From: Calcarisporiella thermophila CBS 279.70
Taxonomy: Eukaryota > Fungi > Calcarisporiellomycota
Length of the DNA stretch: 64,000 nucleotides
Reading direction: 5' to 3'
NCBI RefSeq assembly: GCF_041956535.1
Contig: NW_027192194.1
Coordinates: forward strand, 550,545-614,544
The notes below the pieces were generated by a model. It was not told where the DNA came from. It searched no databases and saw nothing but the letters and a program-made list of their open reading frames with translations. Position 1 is the stretch's first letter. Each line of letters begins with the position of its first letter. The translations under genes were made by a program, and so were the position numbers. Below, piece after piece: positions 11,809 to 24,250 of the stretch.

Positions 11809-14798
11809 TCAGATTTTTCGTAACATTTCTGCAGCCTGTCTCGCCTCTTCCACCACCACCCCTCCCTCCTTTTGCTCCCAGCTCGATGGCGGCTGCGACT
11901 TTTTCTCAACTTTCAGGGCGACACTTTTGCCCTTCAAACTCTCTATTTGGGTCGATTTGGATCTGGGCAATGACGTCAATACGCCAATATCGACTTCCTT
12001 TGCGGGGTTATCCATGCTTGCCGACTTTGGGAAACGATACTGATGAGGTTCAGGCCTTGGTTCCTTATAGCACTCTTCCATGACAAACGCTGCCAGTTCC
12101 GGATGATCCCAATAGCCCGTGTGCGCATGCAGAAGGCCCAGATATGGGTTGGCAAAAAAGGAGTAGGTATCTTGAAGAATGTAGTCGATTCTCCCGTTGG
12201 TATTAACTGAGTAGAGAAGCGCCTTGGCCCGAGCCTCTTTTTGTTCGGCCTGCGACTGGGTGCTAAGCGTGTCGAGCGAGTGCGTTTCGTTCGTCTTAGT
12301 GGAGCCGGGGGAAGGCTCAGGGGCAACTGCAGTAGAGGACCCAAAGGAGAATGGTGAGCGGAAAGAGGTTTTCACGGACTCGAACAGCGAAGAGGTAGAA
12401 AAGGAAATGTTGGTCTGGAAATTGTCGATGCTCTGCTGCAAGCCGGAAAATAGGCCTGGGCGGTTCTGGGTTGGAAGGGTAGCCGGCTTAAGTGAGGTAG
12501 CGTAGGAGCAGCAAACATGTGGCTCAATACTAAATTAATAATGAGGCTCATTGTTAGGTTCCCTTGGAGGAACCAAATACGGCGGAAGCATTCTTCGACG
12601 ACTTACCGATATGCAATTGGATCGGACCGATGGAATACATTATAGAGATTATTGATCAACGCCGGCGAAACAATGGTACGCCCATCCTCTTTCCTCTTTG
12701 ATGACGGCGAGAATTCAGAGCGCCCCACCAATGCCTGATTCCGAAGCAGCAGGTAGAACCCAATGGGTGATCCGAAGCTGAAAAAGTTATAGACGTCAAA
12801 TTCAAAGGGGGTCTGATTTGGGTCATCCTGGCAGAGTGCATCAAAGACAAGGGCCGAGCCGAGAGAATGCGCAACTATACTCACTCGGCCACGTTTCTTG
12901 ATAAAGTACGGGTGATGCTGTAGAAAAATGCGGTAAACCCGGTTACACTCACGTTTGAGCGACCGGATCATTTCATCGTGATATTGGGGTGTCATATAAA
13001 GCGGAACTAGAGGTGCAAATAGAAACAGTAAATAAACCATACTGTGTATCAACGGAGGTAGAAAAATAGAGAGAAAATAAAATGCTTACGATCAAGTAAG
13101 ATATCGTTCATGATACTTCGGACAGCAGGAACATCCTCGAGTGTGATGCTTGAGAGCGTAGGAGTGTCTTCGGTGTAGTTGGACTCCGTTAAATCTTTCT
13201 CCTTTCCATTGTGCGAATCGCCAGAGCCAAATTTAATATGAGTACGCCAGTTAATGGGGAGCACCTGGAGTCCACGCCCAGGAACCAAATTGGACCCAGC
13301 AGGGACCGGAACCGCTTTGAGAAATTTTCGAAAGATATTAACGGCTGAAGTATAGAAAAGAATAAGGAAGAAAAATGAATTAACGCCAAGGATTGGATAA
13401 AAATGATGCTATTATTTACCGTATACGAAATTGAATGCCTCCAGCCTTTCGGTCAACTTTTGTCCCATCCCATGAACCACTACATTATTACAAAAGTTGA
13501 GAAAACGAGTACCACGACTTATCAAAGGGACAAGGTGAGCGTTTACCAAATACCAAATGATCAATCTCTCGAGGTTCTTCCTCGCTCCACTCGTTCCCGT
13601 ATCCGCTCATCTGCCTCACAAGATATTGCCTTCGTTTTTCTTCTTCTTCGCTTTCTTTAGAAAGCTTCGCGTTGGCCTCGGGGGTATCCTCCACTCCACG
13701 AATTAAGTCCACCCACGGGCGCTTGTCTGACAACTTACTCTTGCCAGTAATGGGGTCAATGACGTCATCATCTCTACCCTTTCTCTTTTTCTCCTTCTCC
13801 TTCTCCCTCTCTTTCTCTTGTGCCTTTTTCTCGGTCTCTGCTTGCTTGTAGCCTCGGTATAAACGATTTGCTCCTAAATTGGTGCCGAATTTACTATAGA
13901 ATAATTTGGACAGTTGGCCTGCAAAGCCCTCTCTTTAAAATAAAGGAAAGCTTGTCAATTAGTAAAGATTTATCACGTGTAACTCTAAAAGGAAACATAC
14001 GGAAGCAGCCACATGATATCCTCTCCATAGAAGATGACAGATAATCCGCGAAAAGGACCTTCTAGCTGCCATAATGTTTCAGGTTTAATATCTGGAGTGG
14101 GTACTCTATGTTCAGGAGCTTGTTTGCTTGTTGATTTTTCCGACTCAGACGAAGGCGACCCTGTATCGTCACGTTCACCACCATTAGCTTCCTGACGCTG
14201 CTTCTGCTCCTCTTTCTCCTTCTCCAAACGCTTCTGGGCTTCCTTTAAAGAGCGGATTTGCTCGAGATGTTTACTACCAAAAGATATGGTCAAGATAAGC
14301 GATCCAGGTTTCAATTTGCCTCGAATAATGGCCGAGGCTATTTTTTTTTCCTTGTGTAGTTCAAGATTCCCTCTTACCAATATCCCTCTTCAATTTGCGC
14401 AGCTAAATCCTCCCGACATGGAACAGTTTTCCCCCATCCAATGGAGCAGTACCAAGTTGCACGTCTTACTTCGCAAATGGGTCCAGTCCCTAGAGTTAAA
14501 TTAAATGGGTTTAGACATGGCAATGGAAACTCTATGGAATAAGAACACGCAATATACAGTAGATCGGCCATAGAATTCGTTTAGCGACATCCACCTGGAA
14601 CAACAAATCCTCATTAACTGGAACCGTCGCTGCTTCCCCACTTTGAAATGCTCGCTCAAGAGCCTTGCTATCCCGGTCGGAGAATTGGATCCAAGTCCGC
14701 GCATCCTTGGTAGGATTAGGACTACTATTGGCGGCGGTAGACGGTTCAACGCTGTGATACCATTGGAATTCAAGTGGAGAATCTATGGAGGAAGGCAT
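11809..14798 (-). CDS. DDHD-domain phospholipase A1 (DDL1/YOR022C-like)
   Basis: IDHLVF|VVHGMG, VLPINWR, lipase motif VAHSLGS, FGSPIG, NVFHRSDPIAYR, GRIDY, HTGYW. Confidence 0.9.
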
Positions 14799-14996
14799 GT
14801 TTCAAGAACTGTGGGTAGAAAAGAAATGAAAGAATGAGCAAAATTATAAAAAAAAAAACCAAAAGGCATAAAAAAGAACGCCGTAGATAATTCGAGATTT
14901 AGCAGTATTGAAATTCCGAAAAGCAGTCACTCAGGGTAGTAGAGAGAATAACAGCAGAGTTGTAAAGAATGGATCGAAGACACAGAGGATCACCCC

Positions 14997-15652
14997 ATGG
15001 CTGCCTTCAGAGATCATAAGAGTACCATTTTTGTAGGTAAGTTTGGCCACATCAATTGGCGAATATTATTGCGCAATCTCGTCGAACAGGCCGCCAATAT
15101 TGAGTTACTTTTCTCGCATTTTTTACAGGTGGTCTTGATGAGCAGGTGAACGAACAGACACTCCATGCGGCCTTCTTACCTTTTGGCGAGATCATCACAG
15201 TGAATATGCCGCCTGATCCTTCGTCACGTAAAATTGCAAATCGCCGTTTTTTAACTTGTGGTTGCCGATCCGACTGAGGAAAATATATATTTCTATTCAA
15301 CATAGATAACAAGCATCGTGGATTTGGCTTTATTGAATTTGAACATGCCGAGGATGCAAAAGCTGCTGTCGATAATATGCATCTCTCGGAATTGTTTGGG
15401 CGAACAATCAAGGTCAATTTGTCGCGCAATGTGAACGTAAGAGATGGGGCAGGGCCGCGAGCAAGTAAGTGTTGGACCTATTTTGCGGTTGGCTGGGGCT
15501 ATATTCTAACGCACAACCCGACATCCCTTCTAGTTTGGTCAGAGGAGGCTTATATGGACAAGTATTCAAACATAAAAGCATCGGATGAAACAAACCAACC
15601 CAAGGAAAATCCAGCCAACGCGTCGACTGACAATGAAAGCAAACAAGACTAA
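14997..15652 (+). CDS. RRM protein homologous to the N-terminal RRM of cyclophilin E (PPIE/Cyp33), with no PPIase domain
   Basis: Spliced: [35 protein letters not shown]...[36 protein letters not shown]...VWSEEAY; RNP2 and RNP1 present; stop at 15652. Confidence 0.85.
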
Positions 15653-15867
15653 CTCTCCCCCTTTCTCTTATGTAATATACAAGATAATAAACTGTTCTGT
15701 TTGACCATGTGCATGGTTAAGGAAAAATTTTGTTTATTACTCATTTTATCCACTTCTAGCAAAGAGGATATATATTTTTTTAAATACATGTATGAGGTCT
15801 AAACGATAATGGACGTCTAAGGAGCAATACGTAACGAAGGGTGTTGATTTTCGAAGCGTCGGGACAT

Positions 15868-16957
15868 TTAACCAGAGCCGCCGGAGAACTTCTTGCCGAA
15901 CAAGATCATCTGCAGCTGGTCGTACCTATATTGCCAAAAAAAAAAACAATGCACGCAGAGTAAGCGTCTATAATTTATAACTTCACCAATCCGTAAATGC
16001 GATGTTTACCCAGCAAGCACACCAGCACCAGCAACAGCACGTAAGATGTTGGCGCCAGCACCCTTGAATAAAGACTTAGTTCCCTCCTGAGCGACAATTT
16101 GCTGGAAGGCCTGGAGGGACGACTTGTACTTGACGGCCTCACCCGAAGTCATCATCATACGACGACGGACGGTGTCAATAGGGTACGAAGCGAGACCAGC
16201 ACCGATCGTGATACCCCAGCCGAGAAGGAAGGAGGCAAGGAAGTTGTCCTGGAGGGGACCGACGAGAACGACAGGCTTGAGCGAGTCGTACATACCGAAG
16301 TACAAACCACGGTACACAATGATACCAACGCAGGAAATGTTGAATCCACGGTACAAGCCAAGGATACCGTCAGTCTTCAAAGTCTTGCGGTACACATCAA
16401 TGAGACCATTGAACTGGCGCTCACCACCCTTTTTGGCGGCCTTGGCGTCATTCGCGAGACGAGTACGTGCGTAGTCGAGCGAGTAAACGAAGGTGAGCGA
16501 GGCAGCACCGGCAGCACCACCGGAGGCAAGATTACCGGCGAACCACTTCCAGTAACCATCCCTGTCCTTCTTGTAGCCGAACATGCGCTTGAAGTGATCC
16601 TATCGTAGATGAATGCAACGAACATGTAAAATTAATTCGCGCCAAATAATACACCCATGATGAATTATGTACCTTGAAGGCAAAATTCAAAGCCTGTGTG
16701 GGGAAGTAACGGATGACGTTGGCCAAATTGCCACGCCAGAGAGAGTACACTCCCTCCTCCTTGATGGTGCGAGAAAAGCATTCGCCAATGCCCTTATACG
16801 GGGTGCTAAGGCGGCCCTGCTTAATCATCTCATCCTGGTTCTGAATAAGCAGCTTAACACGCTCGATAGGAGCAGCGGCAGTCTTGGAAACGGCAGCCGA
16901 CACACCACCCATCATAAAGTCGATGGCGAATGACTTGGCGTCTTTTTGTCCCGACAT
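15868..16957 (-). CDS. AAC: Mitochondrial ADP/ATP carrier
   Basis: [43 protein letters not shown], signature RRRMMM, ends [18 protein letters not shown]; 2 introns; strong codon bias. Confidence 0.97.
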
Positions 16958-17319
16958 TTTTTTAGGCAAACTGAAGAATGGGGAGAAGGATGGAGAAAGA
17001 AGTGGAGAGAGAGAGGGGAAAAATCAGGGATGGGGAGGAGTTTGTTTACAATCTTCCGAAAATTTTGTGTACCGAAAAATGATTGGCTAAAGATTTATTC
17101 AAGATAGACCGGCGATTGCTGAGTAGGAAAAATCCGTTAAGAGTTGTGGAACTAACACAACAAGTGCTCAGAAGCACATCAATAATGCAACATCATCTAG
17201 TTCCGCCTAACCACCTCTAACCATAACAAAGAAGTTGGCTTTCACCGGGATCCACAGAATAATATGGATCTCAAACCAGACACCCTTATCATCTCTTTTT
17301 TTTTTCTTTATTGAATAAG

Positions 17320-17538
17320 AAGCTGTCAGACTTCGCATCCGCCCTCGCCAGGTGCTTGGAAATGAACACCGGCAAGTTCATCAATGAAAGAGCAACTGGT
17401 TTTCACCAGAGAGCCCTTTCCGCTTCCCTTTACGGGCAGTGCGATACCTCTCATCGACCAGCTTAAACTGTGTGTCTCTGTTGGAAAACAAAGACGAAGG
17501 TTAACAACTGTATACAGATCCTGTAAAGTACAGTCGAT
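17320..17538 (-). ncRNA. U3: U3 snoRNA (box C/D)
   Basis: Minus strand reads ATCGACTGTACTTTACAGGATC (GAC, box A', box A), 5' stem CGACTGTA/TACAGTTG, box C' GTCGATGA, box B-like GAAGCGGAA, box C CATTGATGAAC, box D GTCTGA, terminal stem AAGCTG/CAGCTT, internal hairpin CTTGCCGGTG/CACCTGGCGAG; about 219 nt. Confidence 0.85.
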
Positions 17539-17565
17539 GAGAGACAAACAAAACAGCGAGCTCTC

Positions 17566-17576
17566 CTTTTTTATAA
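17566..17576 (-). promoter_or_regulatory. TATA box of the U3 gene
   Basis: TATAAAAAAG on the minus strand about 30 nt upstream of the inferred U3 5' end. Confidence 0.55.
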
Positions 17577-18201
17577 CCAAATGTGTGGTGAAACTCAGAG
17601 CGACAATATGGGATCAAGTATTTTCAGAATTTTTTATTTGTGCTGAAGTATTTCCCGGGCTCTACCCTCGGAGTTCCTATTGCGTGCTTTTCACTCCGCT
17701 TGCGTTTCTGCAGGCTGCTAGGAGTGTATCCAGTTTGAGACAAAATGCCTGCATACATGCTATGCTTTCAAAAAACCCTCGTCACTTCTTTTATTTGACC
17801 ATGGCTCACAAAAATATTAAAGAGTGGATGGATTTCTGACTGTTTAGTTTCTTTTGACATCATTCCTGACTAGTTGCAAGAGTTGAAATAGAGTTCTTGC
17901 ATTGGATATAAAAAGCATGTTTGCTTAAGCGAAAATAGGTGGTTAGGGCATATTATGCCCTTAGTTTGCTCAACATTCTGGAAATCATAGGGGCAGTGGA
18001 AATATCAATCCCCTTTCATGCTGATGGTGTGATGCTATTGAAAAATCAAAGGCAATGTACTTATCTTGAGGCGCAGCAAAATAATGCGAACTTAAGGCTG
18101 CCTTGCACATCGAAACCGAATATCTTACGATTAAAATTAAAAGCAGCCTCTTCTCCAACTCACTCGGTAAAGCTATCCTATTCCCTCTACACCACAGGAT
18201 A

Positions 18202-18708
18202 ATGTTCTTCTCGGCGCTGAGACACCCTTCAACCCGTGTATTTCCTCATCATGTTCACCGATGTTTAATTCAACCTCGACGCTCATTCGCCACCACTACC
18301 TCCGGTAAACCACAACACACCGAACGCAACTGGCAGTGGTGGAGAGACTGGACAGTGCGGATGGCAGTATTTGCTGTAACTGGATCCAGCTCGCTCTATG
18401 TTACTCGGCCAATTCTCAAGAACGTTTTAGGAGTTGAAGGTAATTTTGAATCTTTCTTTGATGCTTATTGCTTTCTCTCTGTCCTAAGTAAGATTGACCT
18501 CTATTTGGAAAATTGCTATATAGGTTCATGGCGTGATGGCCCCAATTCTTTCCGTGCTGCATATGTTGTAACCACCATTCCTGTCTACTCTGCAATGCTC
18601 TTTGCATTCGGGGCACTGGCAGGACAGCGCGTTTTTTTTACGGCTACCTTGGCACGGATGTGGGGTCGTCTCTTACCGAAGGCTTTGTCAAGAAGATTTG
18701 TAAAATAA
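18202..18708 (+). CDS. Small mitochondrial membrane protein, DUF6787-like
   Basis: Arg-rich, acid-free presequence MFFSALRHPSTR...RRSFATT, then VFAVTGSSSLYVTRPIL and PVYSAMLFAFGALAGQRVFF; intron 18440-18523. Family name is from recall. Confidence 0.65.
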   Translation: MFFSALRHPSTRVFPHHVHRCLIQPRRSFATTTSGKPQHTERNWQWWRDWTVRMAVFAVTGSSSLYVTRPILKNVLGVEGNFESFFDAYCFLSVLSKIDLYLENCYIGSWRDGPNSFRAAYVVTTIPVYSAMLFAFGALAGQRVFFTATLARMWGRLLPKALSRRFVK

Positions 18709-18960
18709 CATTGCTTTTGTAATATAAGTGATTTCTGCATATCTATCTTTTGGATCGTGTTTTGATGTTTTTTTTAGCATTGGCAACAACCAAACTGAAA
18801 TAGAAACATCGGGTTAAATACACTCACAGAAAAAAAAAAACTGCCTACACTATAAAGATATAGATGAATAAAAAATGGCTTTCTATAAAGTGGATGGTTC
18901 ATGCATATGCCGCTTTTCCGTAAAACCATAAGCTAATGGAAGGAAAAATAGAGGACACTA

Positions 18961-21238
18961 CTACTGCCGTTTCCTTCTTATATAGTGATGATATTGAGCA
19001 TGCAAGAATCGACTCCACCAGGGGTACGTGAACCCTACTACACATATTATGGTAACAGCAATACATTGCTTCCAAAAGAACATTAATCCTTCGGGTCGCT
19101 CGAGGTCGGGAAAGTGCGTAAAGTTGGTCCCGTATACACCAGCCAAGAATGTACCTAAATGGAGGAAGGGGCATTCCATGAGCCACCCTTATAAGCCTAT
19201 TTAGCAGCAACCACTTACAGGGTAGGAAGAGCATGTTAAGATAGCTCAGTATTCTCATGCTCTCGTTTGTTTGATATGATATCGTGTTAAATATCTACTC
19301 AGTAAAAATTTTCAATCCGTCAATATATGAAAATCGAAACTCGGCAAGATGTAATAGGGAACATACAAGGTTTATCAAATTATCGGCCACTTTACTCAGT
19401 GTCTCCAAATTCTCCACCACTGAGGATATGTGATCGTGCACATCGAGGAACAAGTAAGAGAGCCTCGTGTTTCCATCCTTATGGCTTTCATTACGACCCC
19501 CATTAAGGTGAGCGGTATAATCGCGTAGTGATTGAACAATGGCGATAATGGGGGTTAGTGTACGCTTTAGTATCATGAGCTCAGAATTGATCAGGTGCAG
19601 TTCACGTGTGTAGCTGGTGAGAAAAATATAGAGTCATTAACATGGGGTGATCAGTATAAGATCAAGAGCATTGCTCTACCTCATTTCCGGCTGGATCATA
19701 ATACTGCTCTCAAGTTCGGTGACCTGATCGCGATACTTATCAACAATCGGTATGGAATGATCCACGATGGCATCGATAATTGCTTGCATCTGCATCCAAC
19801 AAAAATAACATGAGCAGAGGCCTAAATTATTTGATTTTAGAAGTTCCTACCAAGAAGATTGGATCATTTGAGGTACGGAGAAGTGTTTTGCTCTGCTTTA
19901 AGCGTGTAATAAGCGGCATAGTAACCGGGTCTCCGGAGTATTGGAAAAAGGTGATTAGAGTATTTTCTAATGATTCAAATTCAAAGTTGAATATCTAGGA
20001 AAAGGATAAGTCAAACGAGGTATTTACCCTTCAGCTGGACAAATATCGAGCACTGCTCCAGCTCTATATGCATCTTATTAGCCCGAACATTATACGCTTT
20101 GGCCAAGTTAGTTTTGGGGGCATTTTTGTAATGTAATAAGGAAGTACGACATGATGGAGTGCAGCGATTAGATTGCACTGCGTGGTTCTCTGTCGAGGGG
20201 TCACTGTTTTGATAGCTGACTTCGGCTCCGTTCTGGTCACCGGTCTTCAAACTGTCTGCTTCCTGTAAAATAGAGTTGAAAATTTATAGTTCTAATACTA
20301 ATTCTCGTTGATTTAATTACAATAATTCGGTAAGCTTACCAGCAAATGAAGCTGGAGACACGCGAAGATGGAATTCGTATAATAGTCGACCTTGGTACCT
20401 GTAGGTAAGTGGTTAATATTGGCGCCATATTTAACAATGTATTATTGAAATAAAGTGGTTACGCTGAGGGATATGGAGTAGATCCTCGACGGACAAAGGG
20501 TGAAGATCTGCGTGTAGACCCCAATCAGTAAGTAGGTTGACTATTAATATGTAAAATAAACAGCATACCATATCGAATAGCAAGCGTTTTTATTACGTCC
20601 CAACTTAAACCATCGACCTATTCGTTCATTATTAGCTATTATTTAACAAAAGCGGTAGCCAATAAGTCAACCCACGTTTATCCATCTGACTTTGGCCCAC
20701 GTAGGCATCTGCAAAGTGAAAATGAAACATTATATAAATTAGCTCCGTAAAAATGAGCTAACATTAGCAGGAAAGCAACCTTGCCGGCAATTATCCGAGG
20801 AAGTGTCTCATTGGTGGCCGTTTTGTTTACAATAATATGCTCTATGTATTCAAGAAGTGAGAAATAATCTATGTGGCTATCTGACAGATTGTCTTCACCT
20901 TCACAATAGTCCACAATCTGAATTGCACAGTCGCAGTGAACTGCTTCAAACCGCCCATCCATGCTATGAACATCTACACCTGGTTCATTGCCCGGTGCCC
21001 AATCAATAAATGCTATAATATCACAAGACATATATTAGTACCGGCTGTTCTCCGTTTTGGTGGGCGTTCCAAATGTACCATTCAAATTATTCGTCTTTTT
21101 TAGATCTACGACATATCCTACTAAATCTTTAAATCGCTTCGCAGGGGCTGATGTCGAGCTACGTTGTGGAGTGATCCTTTGAGGGGATGACGAAATGCCT
21201 AGCTCGGCATCCGCACTCGAATTAGTTTGTCTATCCAT
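18961..21238 (-). CDS. CorA-family divalent cation transporter
   Basis: DLHPLSVED, LEQCSIF, TLITFFQ, AIIDAIVDH, LDVHDH, NESMRILSYLNMLFLP|CTFLAGVYGTNF followed by a second TM helix; many short introns. Confidence 0.88.
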
Positions 21239-21633
21239 TTTCTGCTGCTATAGTGGTGGCAGTTAAGTAGTCAATATATTAGTTAAGTCCAATCGCGGAG
21301 TGAAATTTTTTCGAAATTCCATTTTTATCTCCCGCTCCTGAATCCGATCGTTTTCAAAATCCAAAATGGAGTTTTGGAAATTTGCATTCTAGATTCTACT
21401 TCAGGGATATAACTTTATAAGATTTGCCTTCCTCGCCCCCGTATTCCAAGAAAAAAAAAATACAAAATATAAAAAGAATATAGATATCGAATATAATTAA
21501 ATAGAAATATGCAGCAATAATGCAACATCGGAGTAGTAGTTAAATTGTCCAAAATGAAGAGGAAACCATGGTTAACTGGGAAAAGCGAAGACCAACACTA
21601 TATTACAAAAAGAAAGCTTCCTTCACCGCCTCG

Positions 21634-24250
21634 CTAGAGTGAACTATTAGCAGAGACATGCTCCAGCTCCAGGACTGCTCCCTTTTCGGAATCAAGTTCG
21701 TCGGCCGTTGACATCGTGGAGGTGATGGATAAGCTTTTGCGAGGAAGTAGATCGCCGTGTGGATATTTGTTGGACAGTTTTGCGGCCACGATCCGCATCG
21801 CCTCCTCGATGGTCAAGTGCACCGAATCATGCTCCGCCTCCACACTTAAGAAAGGCTCTCTTCGGTCATCATCGTTTCCTTCGTCTTGGACAATCAGCTG
21901 GATTGGACGCGTAATGCCCGCAAGCTCGAGCACACGTAAAACACTCTGCTGTACACTGACGAAATGCAGCTCGAAAGTGGACTCGTCCACGCCCGCGTAT
22001 TCGGCCATATCTCTCCTCAGATCAAAAAGGGCTTGAAGCCCCGAGGAATCAAGGTTGTTCACCGCGGCGAAATCAAGGATAACGGCTCGAAGTGGGGGAT
22101 AACCTCCGCCTGCTTCCAAGGCGATGGGATCGCGCTTGGCTCGTAGTTTTTTCACCTTAACCGCAGTGTCATCGGACCAATGGAGCTTTGGGGGTGCGTC
22201 CGACGAAGGGTCAGTATGGCACTTCACCTCGTCCATGATGCATTGGCACACGTGTTCCACATTCGGAAAGATGAGGGCCTCTTGAAGCCGAAAGAGGAGT
22301 ACACCTGGAGCCGGAGGATTTGTCTGATAGCGCTTGTTATCGTAGTTGACGTAGATCCCAGTATTGACAATGCGATCCGAACCGCTGTCTGACTGGCGAG
22401 TCTGAAGCTCGGCGAGAACATGGACCTGGGGTCTAGCAATCCGCACTAAAAGCACTATCAGAGAGAACGAAATGGCTGAAATGACACCCCATTCGAGACT
22501 CACAAACAGAGTGACGAGGAAGGCAATGATGCATGAAAAGAAATCCAGCGCTACAAAGAACCATGTATAAAGGTCAGGATTAAAGAGTACAGCCAACCAT
22601 GAAACACGGATACGTACGATTGACCCTCCATAGCTGCACAAATACGCCTGGCTTTGCGACAAGCCCGGTCACTGCGAGGATGATGACCGCCGCCAGAGTA
22701 GCATTCGGTATATAGTAGAACAATGGGGTGAGGAAGAGCAACGAAAATATCACAATAGCTCCGGATATTAGATTGGAGAGCGGTGACATGACCCCAGAGT
22801 TTGCGTTCACAGCGGATCGCGAGAAAGAGCCGGTAGCAGTGTACGCTCCGAAGAACGAGCCCGCAATATTTGCCATCCCAATGGTCATGAGCTCTTGATT
22901 AGGGTTAATGACGTATTTAAATCTGCGCGCTATGATAGATCCAACCCTATGGTTAGCGCCCAACAAGCTATTTTCAACCAATGCGTCAACACTTTTTAAC
23001 ACTTACCACATGCTTTGGCAATGGCGATGTGTTCCAGCACTGCAGCCAAAGCGGACAGGATGGCCGCTGGAAGGACACCAATGATCAAGCTCGAGCTCAA
23101 TGCTGGTAAACTCGGCTGAGGTAGGCCTTTGGGTACATCTTTTATGATAGATATTGGGCTAGTGTCACGTCCGATGTTCACCAAATAGGTAATGACGGTG
23201 AATATGATGACGCAAATGGCATTGCGACTGATGCCTACAAAGTTGATTAGAAAATGTCGCTTGCCCCAGAACTTCTGAACCAATTGGAGCGCAAGGAGGA
23301 CTGCCATGGATGACAGACCAATGACGCAGTCAGGCCAAATGGCATTAGGGAGCCCTTTCAAGGTATGTATGATTATGAGGTACACAGCATCTATTGAGCT
23401 AACCCCACTAACGCCAAGTAAAGCCGGGAGCTGAGAAACCATGATGATTATGGCTGCGCCTAGTGAGTTGAAATGTTGGTGTGAATTAAAAAAAAAAAAA
23501 CAAAAGCACGGCTGAAACTCACCAGAAGTATATCCAGTCAAAACAGAGTATGGAAAAAAATCTAGTAGAATTCCAAGTCTAAAAAAACCGAGGCCGAATG
23601 TAATTATGCCTAGAGAAGAAATCCAATGTCATCGAGGGTGGGGCCCTGAGGTCTCAAGTTCTAAAGTATTACCTGCCATGAAGGCGATAGAAGTGGCTAT
23701 TACATGGGAGGGAATATCGAGCGAAGCTAACGAGACCACAGCCTGACCGGTCATTAGCGAGAGAACAGCAGTGGGGCCAACCTAGCGATACAAATAAGTT
23801 TATCAGTTATATTATCTAATCCTTCTAACTAGTCTTGAAACCTACAGTAACATCCTTCGAGGTACCAAGAAAAATATATAATAGTACACCGAGGAAGGAG
23901 GAATAGAGTCCATAGACAACAGGCAATTGGGCAATCTTCGCGTAAGCTAAAGATTGCGGTACCAGCACAAGGGCAACTAGATGTTATTGTAGGAAGTCAT
24001 AATCAGCGATCAATTCTCGACCCGGATGCACCAATAATCTGTTTTGCGGGATGAAATTATTAAAAAAAAGATAAAACATACTTGTTACACCAGCAATTAT
24101 GTCTCCAGCGATAAATTTGCGGCTATAGCGGGGCAACCAATGAATGACGGGAAACATATCGAGCAATGCCTGCGGAATGGCAGAGGGTAACTGTTTACAC
24201 CATTGTAGAGTGGTGTCAACAACGATAGTTGTGGTACTTCTTGCGGGCAT
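21634..24250 (-). CDS. SulP/SLC26 sulfate/anion transporter with STAS domain
   Basis: [66 protein letters not shown]. Confidence 0.94.

Noticed and set aside
17326-17390. SECIS-like ATGAA-stem-loop on the minus strand
   Set aside because: Explained by U3 box C, hairpin and box D; no properly placed GA quartet partner and no in-frame TGA gene nearby.
17474-17515. Possible intron in U3 (GTATAC...TTAAC...CAACAG)
   Set aside because: Only about 38 nt, shorter than introns in this window, and removing it would delete the 5' stem and hinge.
17326-17839. ORFs 17326-17580 (-) and 17384-17839 (+)
   Set aside because: No recognisable protein features; they overlap the U3 snoRNA and its promoter.
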